Assembly: GCA_016186485.1 (NCBI GenBank)
Contig: JACPLN010000005.1
Span: 105,256-169,255 of the forward strand
Source: Candidatus Nealsonbacteria bacterium
GTDB lineage: Bacteria > Patescibacteriota > Minisyncoccia > Minisyncoccales > UBA6532
DNA: 64,000 nt
Direction: 5' to 3'
Part shown: in pieces, positions 8,713 to 15,721 of the stretch
How the letters are laid out: every line of letters starts with the position of its first letter
Numbering within the stretch: position 1 is the stretch's first letter
Position numbers and translations under genes: made by a program
The notes under the pieces: generated by a model
What the model saw: only the letters and a program-made list of their open reading frames with translations
What the model was told of the DNA's origin: nothing
Databases searched by the model: none

Positions 8713-9750
8713 CTAGCGGCGCGGTTTCCTTTGGCGGGCAACCGCTCTTAGTTCTTTTAAGCAAGCCTCTGGGCTGAAAAATACCTTGCGAGCAGGGTAA
8801 ACAGTCCAGGGGCTGTATTTTTTATCCGGCCAGATTAAATAAACGATTTTGCCGTTGGAATTTGCGTAGTTGATTTCCGTTATCATTCCCGAGCTTGAGG
8901 CGACAATAGGGAAGTAGGCCACGACAAAATCGGATTGGTTGATTAATCTATAATCCCTTTTTATTATAACTTCAGCTCCCAGCGATTTTAGTTTTTGGGG
9001 GAAATGTTCAAACTTTTCCACCTTGTAGGGATCAAAGACGATCGCGATTTCATCAAGCTTTTTTATAAATTTCTCCGTTCTTTTTTTGATGTGGTCTGCG
9101 GCAAAGGTAATGGGAAAGCTGAAATATATTTTCAATCGGTTGTCAAAGATTAAACGGAAAAGAGTGTCCGGCGACTGTTCTTTCGGCAAAAGATAATATT
9201 CTTTTTTGTGTATCTGGGAAAAAAGCTCCGTGACAAACGACTCAAAATCGCGCCAGCGTATAACTCCCTCCAAATCCAGCGCCCTCCCCATGTTTTCCGC
9301 CACCTTGTCTATCCTCTCTTTTATAAATTCCAAGCCGTCAGTAATCTGGACGAAAAACAGAGGTTTTAATTTCTCAAAAAACGAGTTTAATATGTTGGCC
9401 GAGACAACTTCTTCCGGGCTTTCTTTCCACCAGTAAGTAAGATGGATGTTTATTATATTTATAGCGTCTTTTTTCAGCCTTTCCCTTAAAATATTATCAA
9501 GAGCGTCTTGGTGCCAGGCATTTCTGGTGCTTTTCGGGAAATTCAAAATATTATACCTTGTTATTTCGGCAGTCGTTTCTTTTGCCGCTTCCAGCACCTC
9601 GTCGGTTACGCTTATAACATTAACTTTTCTGCCTTTTTTAGCGCAGAATTCCGCAAAATCCTTGTAATACTCTTTTTCTCCGCAGCCGGCAATGCCGGAA
9701 GATACTATGTTGACCATATACTTTATTGTATCATTTTTTTGTGTTATCAT
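8713..9750 (-). CDS. Two-domain hypothetical protein: N-terminal kinase-like region plus C-terminal nucleoside 2-deoxyribosyltransferase-like domain
   Basis: The C-terminal pattern SDFVVAYFPIVASSSGMITEINYANSNGKIVYLIW resembles the Nuc_deoxyrib_tr superfamily. The N-terminal GIAGCGEK is only P-loop-like. The start could instead be M12 (9717). Confidence 0.45.
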   Translation of the reverse strand: MITQKNDTIKYMVNIVSSGIAGCGEKEYYKDFAEFCAKKGRKVNVISVTDEVLEAAKETTAEITRYNILNFPKSTRNAWHQDALDNILRERLKKDAINIINIHLTYWWKESPEEVVSANILNSFFEKLKPLFFVQITDGLEFIKERIDKVAENMGRALDLEGVIRWRDFESFVTELFSQIHKKEYYLLPKEQSPDTLFRLIFDNRLKIYFSFPITFAADHIKKRTEKFIKKLDEIAIVFDPYKVEKFEHFPQKLKSLGAEVIIKRDYRLINQSDFVVAYFPIVASSSGMITEINYANSNGKIVYLIWPDKKYSPWTVYPARKVFFSPEACLKELRAVARQRKPRR

Positions 9751-9759
9751 AAAATAACA

Positions 9760-10176
9760 ATGTCGGCCATAAGAAAGAAATCTTGTTCTGGAAAGAGTGC
9801 GGGAATTGTTGTAAATAAAGAGGGCAAAATATTGTTAATTGATAGAGCAATCTTTCCTTTCGGCTGGGCTTGCCCAGCGGGACACATAGACGAGGGAGAG
9901 CTGCCGGAAGAAACCGTAAGGCGGGAGCTTGAGGAAGAAACCGGACTGGTTGTTAACAGTTCAAAACTGGTTTTTGAAGAAAAGATGGTTCCGAATCAAT
10001 GCAGCAGAGGAACGGGATTTCATGATTGGTATGTGTTTGAAGGCGATGTTTCAGGAGACTTGAGGATTGCAGAAAGAGAGGTTAAGAATGTCGGCTGGTT
10101 TGAAATAAAAGAGATAAAAGGATTGACGCTTGAACCGATTTGGGAAAAGTGGTTTAAAAAACTAAAGGTAATATAA
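9760..10176 (+). CDS. NUDIX hydrolase
   Basis: Nudix box GHIDEGELPEETVRRELEEETGL. ATG 9760 is chosen because the upstream part of ORF 9508.. overlaps the minus-strand gene. Confidence 0.8.
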   Translation: MSAIRKKSCSGKSAGIVVNKEGKILLIDRAIFPFGWACPAGHIDEGELPEETVRRELEEETGLVVNSSKLVFEEKMVPNQCSRGTGFHDWYVFEGDVSGDLRIAEREVKNVGWFEIKEIKGLTLEPIWEKWFKKLKVI

Positions 10177-10189
10177 ATCACATAAATCA

Positions 10190-10654
10190 ATGAAGTCGGT
10201 TGTATTTTGCTCAAGCCAGAGATTCAAAAAAGAACTGGAAGAATTTATGGTTAAACTCTCAGACTTAGCCGAAGAAAAAGGCGTAAATTTAGCTATTTTG
10301 CATCCTGAGTTTGAGAGCGACGGCTGGCCAGAAGATTTTTACAAGCTTTCGGAAGAAGAGCGTTTAAAAAATACAAATTACAGAAGAACGGTGATGAGCA
10401 AGGTTTACGACCATCTTTTCAGAAAAATCAGGGCGGCGGATGTTTGTTATGTATTCAACAAAGACGGATACCTGGGACCCAACACCATAGGGGATTTATT
10501 TACCGCAGCTGCTTTGGGGAAAATGGTATATTCTCTTGAGGAGGAATGTAAAACAGGAGAATACCCCAAAAGAATGCACGAAGAGCCCTGTTGCCGCGGT
10601 TTAATCCACAAGGTTATCCCAAGCCCGGAAGAGCTGATAAAGTATCTGCTCTAA
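10190..10654 (+). CDS. Hypothetical protein, possibly nucleoside 2-deoxyribosyltransferase-like fold
   Basis: The pattern IRAADVCYVFNKDGYLGPNTIGDLFTAAALGKMVYSL resembles that superfamily. Weak call. Confidence 0.3.
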   Translation: MKSVVFCSSQRFKKELEEFMVKLSDLAEEKGVNLAILHPEFESDGWPEDFYKLSEEERLKNTNYRRTVMSKVYDHLFRKIRAADVCYVFNKDGYLGPNTIGDLFTAAALGKMVYSLEEECKTGEYPKRMHEEPCCRGLIHKVIPSPEELIKYLL

Positions 10655-10675
10655 TTCTTTCCGGTTGCAAAACTA

Positions 10676-10703
10676 TTGACAGAATTATCTTAAATGATAT
10701 AAT
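10676..10703 (+). promoter_or_regulatory. Sigma70-like promoter with extended -10
   Basis: TTGACA (10676-10681), 16 nt, TGA-TATAAT (10698-10703). Confidence 0.65.
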
Positions 10704-10720
10704 GCACCCGGTGAATAAAC

Positions 10721-10945
10721 GTGGAATACGAAGGTCGTTTCTGGAAAAACAGCTTTAGGCGGGTAGAAAAAACGGGTCCCTTCCCCTTTACCGTAGAGGC
10801 AGGATCTGCTGAAGAGGCAAAGAAGGAGGCGCAAAGAAAGTTGTTGCAAATAGACAGCCAGTCTCGTCGTCGGGCAACAACAGACTGTGAAATCTTTATA
10901 GACGGTCATTGGGCATCGATCTATAATCTGATCGCTCACAGTTAA
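10721..10945 (+). CDS. Small hypothetical protein (74 aa, GTG start)
   Basis: Consensus promoter upstream, GGTGA 6 nt before the GTG, and a terminator directly downstream. No family recognised. Confidence 0.45.
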   Translation: MEYEGRFWKNSFRRVEKTGPFPFTVEAGSAEEAKKEAQRKLLQIDSQSRRRATTDCEIFIDGHWASIYNLIAHS

Positions 10946-10950
10946 CAACA

Positions 10951-10972
10951 AGGGCATATGCCCCTTTTTTAT
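10951..10972 (+). terminator. Intrinsic terminator
   Basis: GGGCATATGCCC palindrome followed by a T-run. Confidence 0.6.
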
Positions 10973-11017
10973 TTCAGGGCGCTTGACTAGCGCCTGTTTT
11001 TTTGCAAATATTTACGT

Positions 11018-12124
11018 ATGGCACTTTCAAAATTGGTTGTTGGCGCCAGCCCTCAGAATCCAGACATGGTATGGGCTACGCAGTTCTGTTCTCCCGATCC
11101 ATTTGCGTTGCTTGTTTTAAATGATAATGATAGGCGAGTAATGGTGGTAAATCCCTTAGAATACAACCGTGCCCTTAAAGAGGCAATGGCAGGAGAGGTA
11201 GTTTGTTCTTCTCAGAAATTATCCGAGGCAATACTGTCTCTGCTTGAAAGTTTCAATATTTCTTCGGTTTTAGTTCCTGAAGACTTTCCTGCAAGTCTTT
11301 ATAGTTACTTTTTGGGAAAGGGTGTTGGCGTTAGCATATCCGATTCCTTAAAGCCTTTGTTTCCGGAAAGGGCAGTAAAGAAAGATTACGAAATTGAAGA
11401 CATAAGTTATGCTCAGTTAGCAATAGAAAAGGCCTTTAAGAAACTGCTGGATATTATTGAGAGGGCGAATGTTAGAGACGGCAAGCTATGGAACGGCAAG
11501 AAATACCTGACCTCAGAAGATCTCCGAAAAATATTTGAGCTTGAAGTTTTGAAACAAAACTGTTTGTCCGAAGCAACGATTGTTGCTTCCGGGGACCAAG
11601 CGGCAAACCCCCATTGCTTGGGTTCGGGCCCGATTCTGGCAAATACTCCCATAGTCATTGATATGTTTACAAGATCAAGAAAGAAATGGTATTGGTCTGA
11701 TATGACTAGGACGGTTGTTAAGGGATTTTTTTCCAATCCTGCAAGGCGATTATATGAAGCGGTTTTCGAGGCCCAAGAGAGAGCGCTTGAAATGGTGAGG
11801 CCGGGAATAGATGGCTGGGATATACATAATTTTGTATCCTCGTTTTTTAAAGAGGAAGGCTTTAAAACAGAGCAGGTTAATGGCGTCTGGCGGGGATTCT
11901 TCCACGGAACCGGGCATGGGGTGGGAGTGGAAATACACGAATGGCCTCGTGTTAGCGGCAGATACAAAAATCAGATACTGCAGCCGGGAAATGTTATTAC
12001 CATTGAACCCGGATTGTATTATCCCGGAATCGGAGGAGTAAGAATAGAAGACACTGTAGTAGTTACTGAAAATGGATATCGTAATTTAGCGAAACCAACC
12101 AAAGAATTAATTGAGCTTCCTTAA
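11018..12124 (+). CDS. M24 family metallopeptidase (Xaa-Pro aminopeptidase-like)
   Basis: C-terminal pita-bread motifs HGTGHGVGVEIHEWP and GNVITIEPGLY..GGVRIEDTV. Confidence 0.8.
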   Translation: MALSKLVVGASPQNPDMVWATQFCSPDPFALLVLNDNDRRVMVVNPLEYNRALKEAMAGEVVCSSQKLSEAILSLLESFNISSVLVPEDFPASLYSYFLGKGVGVSISDSLKPLFPERAVKKDYEIEDISYAQLAIEKAFKKLLDIIERANVRDGKLWNGKKYLTSEDLRKIFELEVLKQNCLSEATIVASGDQAANPHCLGSGPILANTPIVIDMFTRSRKKWYWSDMTRTVVKGFFSNPARRLYEAVFEAQERALEMVRPGIDGWDIHNFVSSFFKEEGFKTEQVNGVWRGFFHGTGHGVGVEIHEWPRVSGRYKNQILQPGNVITIEPGLYYPGIGGVRIEDTVVVTENGYRNLAKPTKELIELP

Positions 12125-12150
12125 GAGGAAGCTTTTTGTTATTATGATTT

Positions 12151-13623
12151 ATGATAAACTTTCTGCCGGTTATAGGTTTGGAGGTGCACGCTGAGCTGAA
12201 AACAAAAAGCAAGATGTTTTGTTCTTGCCATAATGATCCCTTGGAAAGGCACCCCAATACAAATATTTGCCCGATTTGCATGGGGCACCCGGGCACTCTG
12301 CCGGTTATTAATAAAGAAGCGGTGAGAAAAGTGATTAAAACGGGGCTGGCTTTAAATTGCCAAATTTCGGAACATTCTAAATTCGACAGAAAAAATTACT
12401 TTTATCCCGACCTCCCTAAAGGATATCAGATATCGCAGTATGACAAACCCCTGTGCCTGGGAGGTTTTTTAATTATTGATGGCAAGGAAATACGCATTAG
12501 GAGAATTCACCTTGAAGAAGACACTGGAAGGCTAATTCACCCTGAAGGGGCGGATTACAGCTTGGTTGATTTTAACAGAGCCGGAGTTCCTTTGATGGAA
12601 CTGGTGACCGAGCCCGATATTGATTCAGCAAAAGAAGCCAGAAGTTTCGCCCAAGAGCTCCAGCTTATTTTTAGATATCTTGGGGTTTCTGACGCTGATA
12701 TGGAAAAGGGAGAAATGAGGGTGGAGGCAAACGTGAGTTTGCTTCAACTTAAACCCAAAACCCAAAACCCAAAACCCAAAACTCTGGGTACTAAAGTAGA
12801 GGTTAAAAATCTGAACTCTTTCCGAGCAGTAGAGAAGGCAATAGAGTATGAGGTTATCAGGCAAAAAGGAATTCTTGGCAAGGGTAAGAAAGTCATTCAA
12901 GAGACTATGGGATGGGATGACGTTAGCGAAGTTACTTTCAGCCAGAGAATAAAAGAAGAAGCCCATGATTACAGGTATTTTCCCGAGCCCGATTTGCCGC
13001 CCTTGCGCATAACAAAAGAGGAGGTTTTGAGAATAAGGGCAGGCGTTCCCGAGCTTCCCCAAAACCGCAGAACAAGGCTTATTAAAGAATACAAATTAGA
13101 GCCAAAAGCGGCCGAGGTTTTCGTAACCAACAAAGACCTCGGTGAGTATTTTGAGAAGACGGTAAGCGAGTTTGATCCGCATCTTTCTAAAGAAAAACTC
13201 CAATCTTTAATAAAGCTGGCAACAAACTATATCGTTACAGACCTTCAGGGTTTGCTAAAGGGGGCTTTGGTGGCGGGCGAAGATTTTTTAATAACGCCGG
13301 AAAATTTCGCCGAGTTTATAAGTTTAATTTACGAAGGCAAAATTACGAGCAAAATTGCCAAGATTGTGCTGGAAGAAATGTTCAAGGCAGGAGCCGATCC
13401 CTCCCATATTATTGAAGAAAAAGGATTGGTTCAGATGACCGACGAGAAAGAAATCGAAGAAATAATAAAAGAGGTAATTTCTCAAAATCAAAAAGCGGTG
13501 GAAGATTACAAAAAAGGCAAAGAAAACGCCCTCCAGTTTTTATTAGGACAGGTAATGGCTAAAACTCAAGGCAAGGTCAATCCCGAGACCGCCCGCAAAC
13601 TTCTCTTGACAAAGCTAAAGTAA
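12151..13623 (+). CDS. gatB: Asp/Glu-tRNA amidotransferase subunit B
   Basis: GLEVHAELKT, CPICMGHPGTLP, GTKVEVKNLNSFR, and the C-terminal YqeY-like tail KGKENALQFLLGQVMAKTQGKVNP. Confidence 0.95.
   Translation: MINFLPVIGLEVHAELKTKSKMFCSCHNDPLERHPNTNICPICMGHPGTLPVINKEAVRKVIKTGLALNCQISEHSKFDRKNYFYPDLPKGYQISQYDKPLCLGGFLIIDGKEIRIRRIHLEEDTGRLIHPEGADYSLVDFNRAGVPLMELVTEPDIDSAKEARSFAQELQLIFRYLGVSDADMEKGEMRVEANVSLLQLKPKTQNPKPKTLGTKVEVKNLNSFRAVEKAIEYEVIRQKGILGKGKKVIQETMGWDDVSEVTFSQRIKEEAHDYRYFPEPDLPPLRITKEEVLRIRAGVPELPQNRRTRLIKEYKLEPKAAEVFVTNKDLGEYFEKTVSEFDPHLSKEKLQSLIKLATNYIVTDLQGLLKGALVAGEDFLITPENFAEFISLIYEGKITSKIAKIVLEEMFKAGADPSHIIEEKGLVQMTDEKEIEEIIKEVISQNQKAVEDYKKGKENALQFLLGQVMAKTQGKVNPETARKLLLTKLK
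12751..12785 (+). repeat. Heptanucleotide tandem array (AAACCCA x4 plus AAACTCT) inside gatB
   Basis: Read directly. It encodes LKPKTQNPKPKTL in a loop between the conserved ANVS and GTKVE blocks. Confidence 0.9.
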
Positions 13624-13656
13624 GTCGAACAGCCCCATAATTTTTTTAAAAAGTAC

Positions 13657-13685
13657 TTGACAGGGGTGTTAGCTATTGTATATAC
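13657..13685 (+). promoter_or_regulatory. Sigma70-like promoter for the toxin-antitoxin pair
   Basis: TTGACA (13657-13662), then 16-17 nt, then TATATA/ATATAC. ATG at 13695. Confidence 0.5.
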
Positions 13686-13694
13686 TTTAGATAT

Positions 13695-13973
13695 ATGGCG
13701 AAGACGATGATAAATATTAGGGCAGACCAGGATATAAAGAGCAAGGCACAGAGAGTTGCTCACGACCTTGGCATGCCTCTTTCTACGATTATTAATGCTT
13801 ATCTCAGACAGCTTATTCGCACCAAGGAGATTCACTTTTCTACTGAAGGAGAATTAAAGCCGGCAGTCAAAAAAAGACTGGATCGTATTCACGAAGAGGT
13901 CAGGGAAGGGAAGAATCTTTCCCCGGTATTTCATAATGCTAAGGCAATGGATTCTTATCTAGATTCTCTATAG
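13695..13973 (+). CDS. Type II antitoxin, RelB/DinJ family (ribbon-helix-helix)
   Basis: The N-terminus INIRADQDIKSKAQRVAHDLGMPLSTIINAYLRQL is DinJ-like. The toxin gene starts 3 nt downstream. Confidence 0.75.
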   Translation: MAKTMINIRADQDIKSKAQRVAHDLGMPLSTIINAYLRQLIRTKEIHFSTEGELKPAVKKRLDRIHEEVREGKNLSPVFHNAKAMDSYLDSL

Positions 13974-13975
13974 AA

Positions 13976-14236
13976 ATGAAGATACAGCTGCATAGAAATT
14001 TTGAGAAGAAATTTGTTAAACTTCCTCTCAAAATAAAGGAGAGGTTCAAAGAACGTAGAGGTCTCTTTCTAGAAGACGCTTTTAATCCGTTGCTTAATAA
14101 TCATCCTTTAAGCGGCGACCGTTTGGGGCAATGGAGTGTTAATATCACAGGCGACTGGCGCGCTATTTATGTGTTTAGAGACGAGAATACTATTGTTTTC
14201 ATTGATATAGACACGCACAGTAATTTATATAAATAA
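13976..14236 (+). CDS. Type II toxin, RelE/YafQ (ParE/RelE superfamily)
   Basis: NNHPLSGDRLGQWSVNITGDWRAIYVF....IDTHSNLY pattern. 86 aa, paired with the antitoxin. Confidence 0.75.
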   Translation: MKIQLHRNFEKKFVKLPLKIKERFKERRGLFLEDAFNPLLNNHPLSGDRLGQWSVNITGDWRAIYVFRDENTIVFIDIDTHSNLYK

Positions 14237-14240
14237 TAAT

Positions 14241-14351
14241 CAAGGCAAAGAAAACGCTTTGCAATTTCTTGTAGGCCAAGCAATGGCAAAATCTAGGGGC
14301 CGCGCCAACCCAGATAAAGTCAGGCAAACTCTATTGACAGAATTAAGATAG
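14241..14351 (+). pseudogene. Displaced relic of a gatB 3' end (36 codons plus stop)
   Basis: Translates to QGKENALQFLVGQAMAKSRGRANPDKVRQTLLTELR*, versus KGKENALQFLLGQVMAKTQGKVNPETARKLLLTKLK* at the live gatB end (22 of 36 identical by my count). No upstream coding continuation. Confidence 0.85.
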
Positions 14352-14362
14352 GGTGCTATAAT
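14334..14362 (+). promoter_or_regulatory. Perfect-consensus sigma70 promoter embedded in the gatB relic
   Basis: TTGACA (14334-14339), 17 nt, TATAAT (14357-14362). Confidence 0.75.
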
Positions 14363-14368
14363 TGGCTT

Positions 14369-14703
14369 AGCTCATAATGGCTGGACGATGAACACCGAGG
14401 GACGCTGGAGAACCTTAGCGTCTAGCAGGAGGGAAAGCTCCGGTCCCTTTGATGGAAGCACAGTCTTCTCTTGGGCCTAGATAGCAAGAGTTATCTTCTT
14501 GGGTGCTATGCAATAATGTCAGCCGGCTAAAAGGCTGGCTGGAAAGGGCGCAATACCCAACAATCACTAGCTTCTAGTGCAACTCTCGTAAGTTAAGTCT
14601 TACTTATGTTGCATACTAGCGAAGGCAAGAGGATGGCAGATGCGCTGTCTAGATATAATTAAAAGGGCCTAGTAGACTAAAAGTCCAACGGCCCCGTTTT
14701 TTT
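14369..14703 (+). ncRNA. Candidate structured non-coding RNA (~335 nt), family not identified
   Basis: Consensus promoter upstream. Terminator GGGCC (14665-14669) / GGCCC (14690-14694) followed by T7. No ORF above ~30 codons. Visibly higher GC than the flanks. Several hairpins: 14401-06/14417-22, 14499-504/14555-60, 14565-70/14574-79, 14578-83/14608-13 with inner 14588-92/14599-603. Confidence 0.6.
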
Positions 14704-14732
14704 ATTTTCAGAATGCGTGGTAATATTTTATA

Positions 14733-15437
14733 ATGGCCTCCTCAAAAATTTTCATTATAAGCCTGGGCGGATCTATTGTGGCCCCAAAGAGCGGGGAGGT
14801 TAATATTTCTTTCCTCAAAAAATTCAAAAAGCTTGTTTTAGGGTTTGTAAACAAAGGACACAGTTTTGTTATTGTGGTTGGAGGAGGGAAATTAGCCAGG
14901 GTTTACCAGGAAGAAATTTCCAACATCTTAAAACCCTCTTTTGAAGATAAAGATTGGTTGGGTATTTTAACTACCAGACTTAATGCTCAGTTTGTAAAGA
15001 TAATTTTTGGCGATAAAGCCCATTCTTTTATTGTCACCAATCCAACTTTACCGATAAAAACCGTAAAGCCAATCATTATATCAGCCGGCTGGAAGCCCGG
15101 CTGGTCCACGGATTATATCGCCGTGCTTTTAGCTAAAAAGTTCGGGGCAAAAGAGATAATTAATGCCAGCAATATTCCATTTGTTTATTCTGAAGACCCA
15201 AAATTAGCAAAGGTCAACGGCAGGAAACCGAAAGCTATCCCGAAGCTTTTTTGGAAAGAATACAGAAAACTAATAGGGGGAAAATGGATTCCGGGATTGG
15301 GAGTCCCGATTGATCCCATAGCCGCCAAAGAAGCTCAAAAACAGGGAATAAAAGCAATTATTGTTCTTGGAACCGATTTAAAGAACCTGAAAAATTTGCT
15401 ATCGGGTAAAAATTTCCGCGGCACTACCATTGCTTGA
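14733..15437 (+). CDS. pyrH: Amino-acid-kinase-fold UMP kinase, archaeal-type (putative)
   Basis: FIISLGGSIVAP and VIVVGGGKLAR motifs, 234 aa. Confidence 0.65.
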   Translation: MASSKIFIISLGGSIVAPKSGEVNISFLKKFKKLVLGFVNKGHSFVIVVGGGKLARVYQEEISNILKPSFEDKDWLGILTTRLNAQFVKIIFGDKAHSFIVTNPTLPIKTVKPIIISAGWKPGWSTDYIAVLLAKKFGAKEIINASNIPFVYSEDPKLAKVNGRKPKAIPKLFWKEYRKLIGGKWIPGLGVPIDPIAAKEAQKQGIKAIIVLGTDLKNLKNLLSGKNFRGTTIA

Positions 15438-15481
15438 CAATATAAACGCCTTTTGGTAACCTGGCGTCAGGTGATAGTTAT

Positions 15482-15721
15482 TTGCCAAAAGCATTTGTGG
15501 CGGTAAATACCGTAGAGCGCTCAGACGACAAAGAAATGAAAGAAAGGCTTAGCAAGGTGGACGGGGTAAAAGAAGTTTATTCAGTCTACGGAATATATGA
15601 TTTTTGTCTTGTTGTTGAGGCAGATACCGAGGAAGAATTGCTGGATATCGCAAGTAAGCGAATAAAACCAGTAAAAGGAGTGCTTTCTATCCTAACCTTA
15701 GTTGTTGCTGCTACTGAATGA
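15482..15721 (+). CDS. Stand-alone Lrp/AsnC ligand-binding (RAM) domain protein, TTG start
   Basis: 79 aa. VDGVKEVYSVYGIYDFCLVVEADTEEEL is typical of the AsnC_trans_reg domain. Confidence 0.55.
   Translation: MPKAFVAVNTVERSDDKEMKERLSKVDGVKEVYSVYGIYDFCLVVEADTEEELLDIASKRIKPVKGVLSILTLVVAATE

Noticed and set aside
9508-9759. N-terminal extensions of ORF-track calls: 9508 for the NUDIX gene, 5679 for dCMP deaminase, 40188 for pdaD, 55455 for paralog C, 56424 for nadK, 59591 for pncB, 24597 for thpR, and 34598/35789 for apgM/murB.
   Set aside because: The extensions overlap neighbouring genes or the gene's own -35/-10 elements, and they add non-homologous residues. Downstream ATG, GTG or TTG starts give canonical N-termini.
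10665-10691. Possible second gatB-tail footprint: GCA AAA CTA TTG ACA GAA TTA TCT TAA = AKLLTELS*, sharing the 15-mer CTATTGACAGAATTA with the relic at 14331..14345.
   Set aside because: It is only 8 codons, with a stop 5 codons upstream in the same frame. The shared 15-mer is centred on the common TTGACA promoter consensus, and a chance match of this length is plausible in 64 kb of AT-rich sequence.
14369-14703. Assigning the unclassified RNA to SRP RNA, tmRNA, 6S RNA or a riboswitch/T-box leader.
   Set aside because: For SRP, GGUCC..GGAAGCA is present but with a 7-nt loop instead of GNRA and without the conserved 5' UCAGG. For tmRNA, there is no GGGG 5' acceptor or T-arm/ACCA 3' end. The RNA is too long for 6S. 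It has its own terminator, and the next gene has its own -10, so it is not a leader. A short ORF (14388..14477, 29 codons) has no SD sequence and was ignored.
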